Source: Patescibacteria group bacterium
GTDB taxonomy: Bacteria; Patescibacteriota; Minisyncoccia; UBA6257; JAAZHW01
DNA length: 64,000 nt
Direction: 5' to 3'
Assembly (NCBI GenBank): GCA_026415775.1
Contig: JAOAGL010000001.1
Coordinates: forward strand, 6,282-70,281
Shown: positions 29,496 through 38,889 of the stretch, piece after piece
Layout of the letters: each line of letters opens with the position of its first letter
Numbering within the stretch: the stretch's first letter is position 1
Program-made: the position numbers and the translations under genes
Notes under the pieces: generated by a model
The model's database searches: none
What the model was told of the DNA's origin: nothing
The model's input: only the letters and a program-made list of their open reading frames with translations

Positions 29496-30533
29496 CTAAA
29501 TAATAAACATCGCATCACCAAAGCTGAAAAATCTGTATTTTTTCTTAACAGCTTCTTGATAAGCTTTAAAAATCAAATCCTTGCCAGCAAAAGCTGAAAC
29601 AAGCATTAATAAAGTAGATTTAGGCAAGTGAAAATTAGTGATTAAAGCGTCAATGAATTTAAATTGATAACCAGGATAAATAAAAATATCAACAAATTTT
29701 TGACCAAATCGAAGATACCCTTTTTTATCAGCAAAACCTTCTAATGCTCTTGTGGTGGTTGTCCCAACCGCAATAATTCTTTTATAGCTCTTCTTTGCCT
29801 GATTTAAAAACGCCGCTGTTTTTTTATCAATCTCCGCCCACTCCGAATGCATTTTATGTTTTTCAATTTCATCCACTTTAACTGGTTGAAAAGTCCCCAA
29901 CCCAACATGCAAAGTAATATATTTAAAAACAACTCCTTTTGCTTTCAATTTTTTTATTAATCGTGGCGTAAAATGAAATCCTGCTGTTGGCGCTGCCACT
30001 GACCCTAAATTTTTAGCATAAACCGTTTGATATTCTTTTAGATTGGACATCCTTTTGATGTAAGGAGGCGTTGGCGCTTGGCCGATTTGATAAATAATTT
30101 TTTTTAATTTTTCACCATGACAATTGAACTCGATGACACGTTCATAATTAACTGATTTTTTTACCACAGCTGTTAAACCTTTTTCAAAAATAATTTTTTG
30201 CCCTTCTGATAAACCAGGTTTACCAATCACTACCCATTTTTTTATCCATTGATAATGGGTTAATTTTTTTGTCTCGGGCCGCAAAAGTAAAATTTCCACC
30301 CTCCCGCCAGTTTCTGGTTTTTTACCTATCAATCGCGCAGGTATCACTTTGCTATTATTTAAAACCAAAACATCGCCTTTCTGTAAAAATTTTTCTATTT
30401 CATAAAAATAATGATGACTGATTTTTTTCTCTTTTCGATTAACAACCATCAACCGCGAATGGTCTCTCGGAGAAATCGGCTTCTGGGCAATATATTCTTT
30501 TGGCAAATAATAGTTAAACTCTTCGAGCTTCAT
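29496..30533 (-). CDS. queA: S-adenosylmethionine:tRNA ribosyltransferase-isomerase
   Basis: 345 aa. N-terminal FNYYLPKEYIAQKPISPRDHSRLMVV is the QueA signature. Confidence 0.85.
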   Translation of the reverse strand: MKLEEFNYYLPKEYIAQKPISPRDHSRLMVVNRKEKKISHHYFYEIEKFLQKGDVLVLNNSKVIPARLIGKKPETGGRVEILLLRPETKKLTHYQWIKKWVVIGKPGLSEGQKIIFEKGLTAVVKKSVNYERVIEFNCHGEKLKKIIYQIGQAPTPPYIKRMSNLKEYQTVYAKNLGSVAAPTAGFHFTPRLIKKLKAKGVVFKYITLHVGLGTFQPVKVDEIEKHKMHSEWAEIDKKTAAFLNQAKKSYKRIIAVGTTTTRALEGFADKKGYLRFGQKFVDIFIYPGYQFKFIDALITNFHLPKSTLLMLVSAFAGKDLIFKAYQEAVKKKYRFFSFGDAMFII

Positions 30534-30535
30534 AG

Positions 30536-31213
30536 TTAATAATTAAAATCTTTAATTTTGAATGGCGAAAAGTGAGTACCAATGTCAAATGTGTCAACTT
30601 TCTCTTTTTTCTTTAAGAAGTTAGCAGCAAGATAAGTGAGCGGCGTAAACAAAATTTCTACGCTGACTTTAAAAATATAATTGGAAATAATAATTGTTAA
30701 CAATAAACCCAAAGGAATTTTACCAAAAAACGCAATTAAACAAAAAATTAGTGAATCTAAAAATTCGGCCACTAAAGTTGAACTAATCGTTCGGCTCCAC
30801 AAATATCGCCCTTTAGTAAAAATTTTCATTTTGGCTAAAATAAATGAATTCACAAACTCCCCAATCCAATAAGCAACAATACTTGCTAAAACAATTCGCG
30901 GCACCCAACCTAAAATTGCTTCATAAGCTTTTTGGTTTTCCCATCCTTCAGCTGGTGGCAACTTCGCCACAATCATAAAAATCAAGGCCATCAAAATATT
31001 AGTGCCAAAACCCAACCAAATCACTCGCCTCATTCTTTTATAACCATAAACCTCCGTAAAAATATCGCCCAAAATATAAGCCAAAGGAAAAAGAATTGTT
31101 CCGCCATCAAAAGTAAAAGGACCAAATCTTAAAATTTTAGCTGAAACAACATTGGAAACCAAAAGCACTAAAATAAATAAAACCAATAAAAAATCAAAAT
31201 ATTTAAAATTCAT
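30536..31213 (-). CDS. Queuosine-precursor transporter (YhhQ/DUF165 family)
   Basis: 225-aa membrane protein. ...VSAKILRFGPFTFDGGTILFPLAYILGDIFTEVYGY... matches YhhQ-type transporters. Immediately downstream of queA. Confidence 0.65.
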   Translation of the reverse strand: MNFKYFDFLLVLFILVLLVSNVVSAKILRFGPFTFDGGTILFPLAYILGDIFTEVYGYKRMRRVIWLGFGTNILMALIFMIVAKLPPAEGWENQKAYEAILGWVPRIVLASIVAYWIGEFVNSFILAKMKIFTKGRYLWSRTISSTLVAEFLDSLIFCLIAFFGKIPLGLLLTIIISNYIFKVSVEILFTPLTYLAANFLKKKEKVDTFDIGTHFSPFKIKDFNY

Positions 31214-31219
31214 GCGTTA

Positions 31220-32701
31220 TTATTGGAAAATTAATTGATCTCCAACAATAATTTCCACATCGCTATCAATTAAAATACCACATTCTTTCCCTTCTAAAAC
31301 TTCTTTAACATCTAATTTATTGCATTGAACATTTAAAATTTTTCCGCGGCCAATAATTTCTTCTCCTCGCTGAATTTTCACCTGCGCACCCTTTACAATT
31401 CTTCCTTCAATAACCTTACCGCCAACAACCTGCTCGGTTCGTTTTTTACTGAAACAAGCTAGAATTTCCAATTTTCCCTTTATTGGCGGCTCTTGCGGTT
31501 TAAACATTGCTTCAATTTCTTCTTTCAAAAACTTCTCCATTTCATAAATCACATCAAAAAGATAAACACGCAGATTTTTAGCTTGAATAATTGTTTGTAA
31601 ATCTTTCGGTATTTTTACTCGAAATCCCAAAATAATTGCCGGCGCCGTTTCGGCCAATGAAACATCAGAAACAAAAATATCACCAATTGATTCGCTAATA
31701 ATTTTCAAACTTGTATTTTCTGGCAAAGTGAGATTATTCAAAATGTTTTTCATCGCCTCAAGCGAACCAACAACATCAGCTTTTAAAATAATATTTAAAA
31801 CATTTTCACTGGCATCCAATTTTTGAATTTCAACTCTTTTATTCTCGCGCATTTTTTTCAATTCTTCCTCGCTTTTCTCGCCAACAAAAAACTCCTCACC
31901 AACCTGCGGCATATCTTTAAAACCAATAATTAACACTGGTTTTGAAGGACCAGCTTCTTTAATTTGTTTGCCGTTGCAATCTTCCATTAAACGCACTTTG
32001 CCAAGAACTGTTTCTGTATAAATAGAATCACCTACTTTCAAAACGCCGTTTTTTATTAAAACCGAAGCAATAATACCCCGTTTATTATCAAATTTCGTTT
32101 CCAAAATAACTCCACTGGCAGGAATATTTAATTCTGCTTTCAAATCCTCCATATCTGCCACCAATAAAATTAGCTCAAGCAATTCATTGATATTGGTACC
32201 GTTTTTCGCCGAAATATTAACAATTGGCACATTGCCTCCCCAACCCTCAACAAAAACTCCTAATTCTGCTAATTGGGTTTTAACTTTGTCGGGATTGGCT
32301 TCGGCTCTATCAATTTTATTCAAAGCCACAATAAAAGGAATTTTTGCTTGCTGGATATGGTTTAAAGCTTCAATTGTCTGCGGTTTTACTCCTTCATCAG
32401 CCGCAATAATTAAAATAGCAATATCACAAACTTGCGCCCCGCGCGCTCGAATAGCCGAAAACGCTTCATGACCAGGCGTATCAATAAAAGTAATTTGTCG
32501 ATTATTGTATTCGGGGTTATCGCTTTTAACAATAATATCATAAGCGCCAATATGCTGAGTGATGCCACCTGCTTCTTTGGCAGTAATATTAGTTTTGCGA
32601 ATAGTATCTAAAAGAGTTGTTTTTCCATGGTCAATATGACCCATCACTACTACAATGGGCGGTCGTTTAACCATATTCACTTGATTTGTTTTCTCAGCCA
32701 T
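31220..32701 (-). CDS. infB: Translation initiation factor IF-2 (short form)
   Basis: 493 aa. G-domain RPPIVVVMGHIDHGKTTLLD, DTPGHEAF, NKID. Lacks the long N-terminal domain. Confidence 0.85.
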   Translation of the reverse strand: MAEKTNQVNMVKRPPIVVVMGHIDHGKTTLLDTIRKTNITAKEAGGITQHIGAYDIIVKSDNPEYNNRQITFIDTPGHEAFSAIRARGAQVCDIAILIIAADEGVKPQTIEALNHIQQAKIPFIVALNKIDRAEANPDKVKTQLAELGVFVEGWGGNVPIVNISAKNGTNINELLELILLVADMEDLKAELNIPASGVILETKFDNKRGIIASVLIKNGVLKVGDSIYTETVLGKVRLMEDCNGKQIKEAGPSKPVLIIGFKDMPQVGEEFFVGEKSEEELKKMRENKRVEIQKLDASENVLNIILKADVVGSLEAMKNILNNLTLPENTSLKIISESIGDIFVSDVSLAETAPAIILGFRVKIPKDLQTIIQAKNLRVYLFDVIYEMEKFLKEEIEAMFKPQEPPIKGKLEILACFSKKRTEQVVGGKVIEGRIVKGAQVKIQRGEEIIGRGKILNVQCNKLDVKEVLEGKECGILIDSDVEIIVGDQLIFQ

Positions 32702-32781
32702 AAAATTTTTCTTAAAGTGTTTTTATCTTATCACAAAATTTCTTTTTCGTCTACTATTTATTTTTAATTTCAAAAAACAAA

Positions 32782-32806
32782 AAAGGGGTTCATTTTTGAA
32801 CCCCTT
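32782..32806. terminator. Bidirectional rho-independent terminator
   Basis: AGGGGTTCA-TTTT-TGAACCCCT hairpin flanked by A-run and T-run. Confidence 0.8.
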
Positions 32807-32816
32807 ATAAAAATTT

Positions 32817-33221
32817 TTAACGCCTTTCCACCCAAAACCTTCCACCATCCTCGCGGATGATGAAGGTGTAAGAATACGAATAATAGTTCGATCTTGCCCA
32901 CACCTTATCGGCGTAGGCGAAACCCCTTCTATCAACAATCTGCAGGGAAACTTCCTCCCCATAAAGGGAGGTGTTCCACAGACGAGCTAACCACTTCCCA
33001 TAGGGAGCCGCCACCCCCCTCTCCACCCCATCTATTAAAATATAAAAATAATAGGGGGTGGTGTTAAGAACAGTAACCCTTGTAGTATTAATAGGAAGAT
33101 TAGTGTCAACTGCAACAGTCAAACCGAGGGGAGTGCAGCTAGACAACAAAAGCAGAGTAAGCAACAACAGCACCAGCGAAAGAAAAATTTCTTTTGTTTG
33201 CTTCTTAATTAAATTCTTCAT
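32817..33221 (-). CDS. Predicted lipoprotein, hypothetical (GC-rich gene)
   Basis: 134 aa. Signal peptide with lipobox LLSSC. Arg/Tyr-rich body. Local GC is clearly above the window background. Confidence 0.5.
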   Translation of the reverse strand: MKNLIKKQTKEIFLSLVLLLLTLLLLSSCTPLGLTVAVDTNLPINTTRVTVLNTTPYYFYILIDGVERGVAAPYGKWLARLWNTSLYGEEVSLQIVDRRGFAYADKVWARSNYYSYSYTFIIREDGGRFWVERR

Positions 33222-33246
33222 TTTTGCCTCCTTTTTATAATTTTTA

Positions 33247-33762
33247 TTATTTTAATATCTCCCCTTTCCAAAAGTGCCTCTGCCAACCATGGGTTGGCGG
33301 GACACTTATATCTAATTTTCTGGCTAGTGCTATGACTGCATGATCTAGTGACAGCAATTTAACTTTTTGCTCACCACCATTCTGAAGAGCAAGAGCCGTT
33401 GCAACAACTCTAATGTCTATTATTGATATATCCTTCAACCTCATCCTTTCAGCCTCCGCTATTAATCTGGGGACTATCCTTTTTCTATACGACCCGGCTA
33501 CTTTCCATTCGCCGGATCTAATTTTTTCCTCCACCTGTGGCCATCGCTTTAAGGATAATGCAATGGTTTTTTCCAGCTTCTTCACCCGTCCATTCTGCGG
33601 CTTAGTTCTAAGCCGCTTTAAAACATCAAGATCTGCTCGATATTTTAATTCCTCTACAACTGCTCGAGGAACAATGATTTGAACACCCTTCTCGCGCCCA
33701 AGTACCTCTACAAAACCATAACTTCGCAGTAAAATATTGCTATCTACCACAATCATTAGCAT
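33247..33762 (-). CDS. PIN-domain-like nuclease, hypothetical (GC-rich gene)
   Basis: 171 aa. N-terminal MIVVDSNILL (PIN Asp1), later acidic positions VVEELK, IDIRVV and SLDHAV. Confidence 0.45.
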   Translation of the reverse strand: MLMIVVDSNILLRSYGFVEVLGREKGVQIIVPRAVVEELKYRADLDVLKRLRTKPQNGRVKKLEKTIALSLKRWPQVEEKIRSGEWKVAGSYRKRIVPRLIAEAERMRLKDISIIDIRVVATALALQNGGEQKVKLLSLDHAVIALARKLDISVPPTHGWQRHFWKGEILK

Positions 33763-33838
33763 TTTTTACCTCCTTATTTTTATTTTTTAAAGAACTTTTT
33801 TCAAAACCGCCTAAATTATATACCTTTTTTATTTTTTG

Positions 33839-34549
33839 TCAAATATCAATTTTTTCTCCTATTTCTTTCAAAAACCGCTCCAAATCCTCAGGCAAATCAG
33901 CCTCTAATCGCAAAGTGGTGCCGTTTGGCGAAGGAAATTCCAATAAATACGCATGCAGAAACAGCCGAACCGCTATTTTTTCTTTCTTCCGACCATAAAT
34001 TTTATCACCTACAATAGGATGACCAATACTTGCTAAATGCACTCTAATTTGATGTGTACGGCCAGTTTTGGGGGAAACCCTCAAAAGCGTCAACTTTTCT
34101 TTTTGCCACTCAAAAACTTTAATCACTTCATACTCAGTAATCGCCTCTTTTAATTCTTTCATTTTTTGAGCAGCAGTTGAGCGTTTGATAGAGGAAGCAA
34201 TAATACCAATTGGCTTATCAATGACACCTTTTTTATTTTTTATCTCACCATAAACCAAAGCTAGATATCCTTTTTTTATTTTCCGCTCCTGAAAAAGTTT
34301 TTTAAAATAATCAAACGCTTTTTGATTTTTGGCAATTAATAAAAGACCAGAAGTTTCTTTGTCTAAACGATGAACAATGCCTGGTCGATTTTTATCTTCA
34401 CCAACGCCAACAATATAAGGATAGCGTTTAATTAGCCAATCCACCAAACTTTTTTCGCCATATTTTGTCGAATGAACCAGCACTCCTACTGGCTTATTAA
34501 TCACCACAAAATCTTCATTTTCAAAAACAATAGAAATTTCTAACATCAT
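33839..34549 (-). CDS. RluA-family pseudouridine synthase
   Basis: 236 aa. HRLDKETSGLLLIAKN catalytic motif. Confidence 0.85.
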   Translation of the reverse strand: MMLEISIVFENEDFVVINKPVGVLVHSTKYGEKSLVDWLIKRYPYIVGVGEDKNRPGIVHRLDKETSGLLLIAKNQKAFDYFKKLFQERKIKKGYLALVYGEIKNKKGVIDKPIGIIASSIKRSTAAQKMKELKEAITEYEVIKVFEWQKEKLTLLRVSPKTGRTHQIRVHLASIGHPIVGDKIYGRKKEKIAVRLFLHAYLLEFPSPNGTTLRLEADLPEDLERFLKEIGEKIDI

Positions 34550-34624
34550 TTTTATCCTATCATTTCTAAAGTTTTTTTCAAATAAAAAAGCGCCTTTCTA
34601 ATAGGCGCCTTCTTTAAATTAAAA

Positions 34625-35167
34625 TTATAAACCGCCGAAAATTTTGACAAAAAAATAACCATTAAATAACACTAAAAGATTATACAAGATATGCGAAAAG
34701 ATAACCGCTAAGGAAGCTTCAAAATATCTTTGCTGATAACCGCCGGCTTTCAAAAATAAATAAGACCATAATAAACCAAGAATGCCTTGAATAAAAATAT
34801 TGAAACGTGTGGTATGAGACAAGGCAAATCCTAAAGACAAAAATAAAATAGAAATTATCAACAAAACATTAGCGAATTTCCGATTTTTCAGACCTAACAA
34901 TAGAAAACTTATCAATGTCAAAGGTAAAATCCGCCAAACCACTTCCTCGCCCGCCGAATAAATAATTATGTTTCTTAAATTAACACCCATCCCCTTCCCA
35001 AAAGAATGCCAGAATTTCAAAAAATAAACCTGCGGGAAAAATAAATCATCAAGCGCTAAGGAAATAAAACAACAGAAAAAAAGCGTATAGTTAAAACCCA
35101 AAAGAGAAACAATCAGTGTCCATAAAATTTTTTCCTTGTTGTTTAATTGTCTTTTAAACAAGTCCAT
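34625..35167 (-). CDS. CPBP-family (CAAX protease-like) intramembrane metalloprotease
   Basis: 180-aa membrane protein. EEVVWRILPL (EExxxR) and FALSH motifs. Confidence 0.55.
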   Translation of the reverse strand: MDLFKRQLNNKEKILWTLIVSLLGFNYTLFFCCFISLALDDLFFPQVYFLKFWHSFGKGMGVNLRNIIIYSAGEEVVWRILPLTLISFLLLGLKNRKFANVLLIISILFLSLGFALSHTTRFNIFIQGILGLLWSYLFLKAGGYQQRYFEASLAVIFSHILYNLLVLFNGYFFVKIFGGL

Positions 35168-35265
35168 TCTTCGCCTCCTTATTAAAATTTTAAAAAACTA
35201 ATAAAAGCTTAGCATTTTTTGAAAAATTTTTCAAAAATAAAAAGCCGCTCGGCGGCTTTCAATAG

Positions 35266-35337
35266 TGCGCCCTGGAGGGATCGAACCTCCGGCCTTTTCG
35301 ATGTCAACGAAACGCTCTACCACTGAGCTAAGGGCGC
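35266..35337 (-). tRNA. tRNA-Val (anticodon GAC)
   Basis: GCGCCCT-TA-GCTC-AGTGGTAGAGC..TTTCG-TTGACAT-CGAAA..GGAGG-TTCGATC-CCTCC-AGGGCGC-A. A terminator hairpin AAAGCCGCCGAGCGGCTTT plus T-run lies downstream at 35241-35260. Confidence 0.85.
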
Positions 35338-35402
35338 AAACAATTAAATATCTATTATTAGAATAATCAAAAACTCAATTAAAGTCAACGATTAGGTTTT
35401 CC

Positions 35403-35663
35403 CTATTTTTCTTTTTCACCTTTGATTATTTGAAAAAGGGGGTGTGGTAAAATTTTGTTAACTCGCAATAATTCTTTATATTTTTCTTTATCTCGCTTTT
35501 TTAATTTTTTTAATAAATGATTAAATTCAAATTTTAATTGCCTCTCAGTTATTTTTATTTTTCTTTTTACTCTCGGAATTGGCCAAATTTTTGTTTGGTT
35601 AAATTTAAAACTGCGTTTCTTTGCTTCCAAATAAACAAAAAATACAAATAAAACCTGATGCAA
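35403..35663 (-). CDS. Hypothetical small basic protein
   Basis: 86-aa Lys/Arg-rich ORF between two tRNA genes. No motif recognised. Confidence 0.3.
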   Translation of the reverse strand: MHQVLFVFFVYLEAKKRSFKFNQTKIWPIPRVKRKIKITERQLKFEFNHLLKKLKKRDKEKYKELLRVNKILPHPLFQIIKGEKEK

Positions 35664-35852
35664 TTTTGGGGATTATAACAATTTTTAAATCTGATTAACT
35701 GTGGATGGTTTTGATAGCCTTTTGTTTTATTCTCCAAAACCTTTTTCGCTAATAAACCCTCGCGTCATAAAGCAATTAACCTTTGGTATCTAAATATTTT
35801 GGATGAATAGACCATAAACGCATAAATTCAAATTTATTTAAATAAAAATTAG

Positions 35853-35924
35853 TGGACCGGATGGGAGTTGAACCCACGACCTTCCCGATGCGAACGGGAT
35901 GCTCTACCACTGAGCTACCGGCCC
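35853..35924 (-). tRNA. tRNA-Ala (anticodon CGC)
   Basis: GGGCCGG..TCCCG-TTCGCAT-CGGGA.., G3:U70 identity pair, T-loop GGTTCAACTCC. Confidence 0.85.
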
Positions 35925-36050
35925 TTTTTTCTTATAAATTAATCTTAATGATTTTTGTTAATTTTTCAATTTTTTCTCTATTTGACAAGAAATAAAAAAG
36001 TTTTAAGATTAAAACGGTTTCTTAAAAAATTTTAAAAGGAGGATAAAAAA

Positions 36051-37052
36051 ATGAATAAAAAGAAGGATGAAAAAATTTTTCCAATATTAGACCCTATTCA
36101 CACCACCCAACCCGATACCCTTGATGGAATTATTTTTGATGATTCCCCAGAAATTGACAGAAGCGAATTTCCCTTGGTTCTCATTGATACTGACACAATT
36201 ATTATCCCCGTTACTACTTTTAAAGGATACGGAGAAATTGGCTCTAATGTACTAATCTCCAACTCTTTTCTTTCCAAAACCACCATTAAAAATGGTAGCA
36301 AAATTATTGATAGCCGAATTTTCACTGGTATTATACATAATGAAACTGTAATTATTAATTCAACCATTGAAGGTTCGGTTTTTAATGAGAAATGCTACGC
36401 TAACAACTGCACCATAATCGAAAGCGTTTTAGGAAAAGAGGTGATTATCTGCGGCAGTTCCAATATCAATCGCTCTAGGATATATGACGAAGTAGTCTTA
36501 AGTCCACAAGTTATTGTTGATAATGGCAAAGTAGAAAAATTTTGTTATTTAGAAAGTGGAGTCAAGCTTATTGGTCAAAAAGGCCGATACGGAGATGCGG
36601 TTGTTATTCTCAAGCCAAAAGTTTATGTTGGAGCCAACTCCTTAATTATCGGCCCAGCACTGATTGACCATAATTGCTATATTGACAGCGATGTTGTTAT
36701 AGAACCAAGTAATTTAATTGGAATTTTTATTCCCCCTTTTTCATATATCAGAAGAAGCGACAACAAAAAAGGGTACGAAGTTTTAGAAAAGAGATCTTTT
36801 TATTTAATTGACGGTCTTTGGTATGTGGCAAAAGACACTCCAATTGAAATATCATTAATCAGAGAAGTAAAAAATAAACTGGAATTTATCGAAAAAAAAT
36901 TAAAAGAAAAAAAAGAGGACATAAAAGAAGTGCTAACAAATAAAAATACAAAAGCGGGAAATCAACCACCCATCCAATTGCTTTTATATAATGATGGTCT
37001 AAAGAAATTTAAAGAATTTTTAAATAGAATGATGGAATCCCTCGTCAATTGA
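36051..37052 (+). CDS. Hypothetical protein with left-handed beta-helix (hexapeptide-repeat)-like region
   Basis: 333 aa. Repetitive [IVL]-x-x-x-x-[IV] hexapeptide-like stretches (…SKIIDSRIFTGIIHNETVIINSTIEGSVFN…). Terminator hairpin CCCTCGTCAATTGACGGGGG plus T-run at 37044-37072. Confidence 0.35.
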   Translation: MNKKKDEKIFPILDPIHTTQPDTLDGIIFDDSPEIDRSEFPLVLIDTDTIIIPVTTFKGYGEIGSNVLISNSFLSKTTIKNGSKIIDSRIFTGIIHNETVIINSTIEGSVFNEKCYANNCTIIESVLGKEVIICGSSNINRSRIYDEVVLSPQVIVDNGKVEKFCYLESGVKLIGQKGRYGDAVVILKPKVYVGANSLIIGPALIDHNCYIDSDVVIEPSNLIGIFIPPFSYIRRSDNKKGYEVLEKRSFYLIDGLWYVAKDTPIEISLIREVKNKLEFIEKKLKEKKEDIKEVLTNKNTKAGNQPPIQLLLYNDGLKKFKEFLNRMMESLVN

Positions 37053-37101
37053 CGGGGGATTTTTTTGACTTATTCTTGAAAAATTTCTAAAATAAAAAAG
37101 T

Positions 37102-38364
37102 ATGAAAGAAAACGTTTTTAATGAATTGGAATGGCGCGGCCTAATTAATCAAACAACCGATGCCAATCAATTAAAAGAACGCTTGAAAAAACCCATTGTT
37201 TTATATTGCGGTTTTGATGTAACAGCCGATAGTTTACATATTGGCCATCTTTTGCCGTTAATAACCCTCAAGCGTTTTGCCGAGTATAATCATCAAATTA
37301 TCGCTGTTTTGGGCTCAGCAACCAGTTTAATCGGCGACCCGAGCGGTAAAAAATCCGAACGCAAGCTTCAACCTGAAGAAATTGTTCAACAATGGAATCA
37401 TGGCATAAAAAAACAATTAAATAATTTATTGAAAGAAGAAATTCAAACACACAAAGCTATTATTGTTGAAAATAGTGAATGGCTTAAAAAGTTGGGTCTT
37501 TTATCATTCATTCGCGATATTGGCAAACATTTCAGTTTGGGCTATATGCTGGCAAAAGAATCAGTAAAAAACCGTCTTGAAGTTGGAATTTCTTTTACTG
37601 AATTTAGTTATATGTTGCTTCAAGCTTATGATTTTTGGTGGTTGTATAAAAAATATAATTGCGAACTTCAAATTGGAGGTAGCGACCAGTGGGGTAATAT
37701 TACTACTGGTATTGATTTAATTCAAAAATTAGAAAATAAAAATGTTTATGGGTTAACACTTCCTCTTCTTCTTAAATCTGACGGGACTAAATTTGGAAAA
37801 ACTGAGGGTGGCGCTGTTTGGCTTGATGCTTCAAAAACTTCCGTCTACCAATTTTATCAATTTCTTATTAATACAGATGATCGCGACGTTATAAAATTAT
37901 TAAAATTTTTAACTTTTTTAACTGCTGAGCAAATCAAAGAATTAGAAAAGTCGGTAAAAAATCAACCAGAAAAACGCCTTGCCCAAAAAACATTAGCGCA
38001 AGAATTAACAAAATTAGTTCATGGCGAAAAAGCGTTACAACGAGCAGAAAAAATTTCTGAAGCCTTGTTTTATAATAATCTTAAAAATTTATCAGCTGAA
38101 GAGTTGAAAGAGGGTCTTAATGATGTTCCAACGGCTAAAATTGAAAATAAGCAAAAATTAAACCTCGTTGATTTTTTGGTTGAAACCAAAGTTTGTTCTT
38201 CCAAACGACAAGCCCGCGAAGATATTATTAATGGCGCAATTACTTTAAATGGTGAGGTTGTTAGAGACATTAATTTAACCCTCTCCCCTCAAAATTCGCT
38301 TGTTGAAAATATCTTTGTTGTTCGCCGCGGCAAAAAAAATTATCATCTTATTTTTTGGCAATAA
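37102..38364 (+). CDS. tyrS: Tyrosyl-tRNA synthetase with C-terminal S4 domain
   Basis: 420 aa. HIGH motif LYCGFDVTADSLHIGHLLPL, KMSKS-equivalent KFGKTEGG, and C-terminal S4-like domain. Confidence 0.9.
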   Translation: MKENVFNELEWRGLINQTTDANQLKERLKKPIVLYCGFDVTADSLHIGHLLPLITLKRFAEYNHQIIAVLGSATSLIGDPSGKKSERKLQPEEIVQQWNHGIKKQLNNLLKEEIQTHKAIIVENSEWLKKLGLLSFIRDIGKHFSLGYMLAKESVKNRLEVGISFTEFSYMLLQAYDFWWLYKKYNCELQIGGSDQWGNITTGIDLIQKLENKNVYGLTLPLLLKSDGTKFGKTEGGAVWLDASKTSVYQFYQFLINTDDRDVIKLLKFLTFLTAEQIKELEKSVKNQPEKRLAQKTLAQELTKLVHGEKALQRAEKISEALFYNNLKNLSAEELKEGLNDVPTAKIENKQKLNLVDFLVETKVCSSKRQAREDIINGAITLNGEVVRDINLTLSPQNSLVENIFVVRRGKKNYHLIFWQ

Positions 38365-38409
38365 TTAAAAATTGACTTTCTCTTTTTCTCTATTAATATC
38401 AATTTTGAT

Positions 38410-38889
38410 ATGGCTGAGATGTTGTTTAATTCGTCAGATAATCGGAAAATTGGTCTCAAAAAATTAATTGGGGAAATTTTTGCTTTTATCCAAGAAAAAC
38501 CTCAAGCCGCTTACAAATTAGTTATTGGCACTGATTCATTAAACGCGGCTGACCACTCGGATTTCGTCACGGCAATTATTATTTTACGCATTGGCAATGG
38601 CGGACGTTATTTCTGGCGGAGAATTAAAGATAAAAATTTTAAGAGCTTGCGCGAGAGAATTTACAAAGAAGTCTATTTATCTCTAGAAATTGGCCAACAA
38701 TTACTCAAATTGCTAGAGAAAAATCAATTTTACACTTTTGATTTGGAAATTCATGTTGATGTTGGACAGAATGGCGAAACTCGTAATTTAATTAACGAGG
38801 TTACTGGTTTGGTAAGAGGTTGCGGTTTTGTGGTAAAAACTAAACCCGAAAGTTTTGCCGCTTCAAGCGTGGCAGATCATTGTATTTAA
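38410..38889 (+). CDS. YkuK/DUF458-like RNase H-fold protein
   Basis: 159 aa. LVIGTDSLNAADHSDFVTAIIILRIGNGGRYFWRR pattern resembles the YkuK family. Confidence 0.45.
   Translation: MAEMLFNSSDNRKIGLKKLIGEIFAFIQEKPQAAYKLVIGTDSLNAADHSDFVTAIIILRIGNGGRYFWRRIKDKNFKSLRERIYKEVYLSLEIGQQLLKLLEKNQFYTFDLEIHVDVGQNGETRNLINEVTGLVRGCGFVVKTKPESFAASSVADHCI

Noticed and set aside
32723-32962. 79-aa minus-strand ORF
   Set aside because: It overlaps the better-supported lipoprotein gene (32817-33221) in another frame and extends through a strong terminator hairpin. It is likely spurious.
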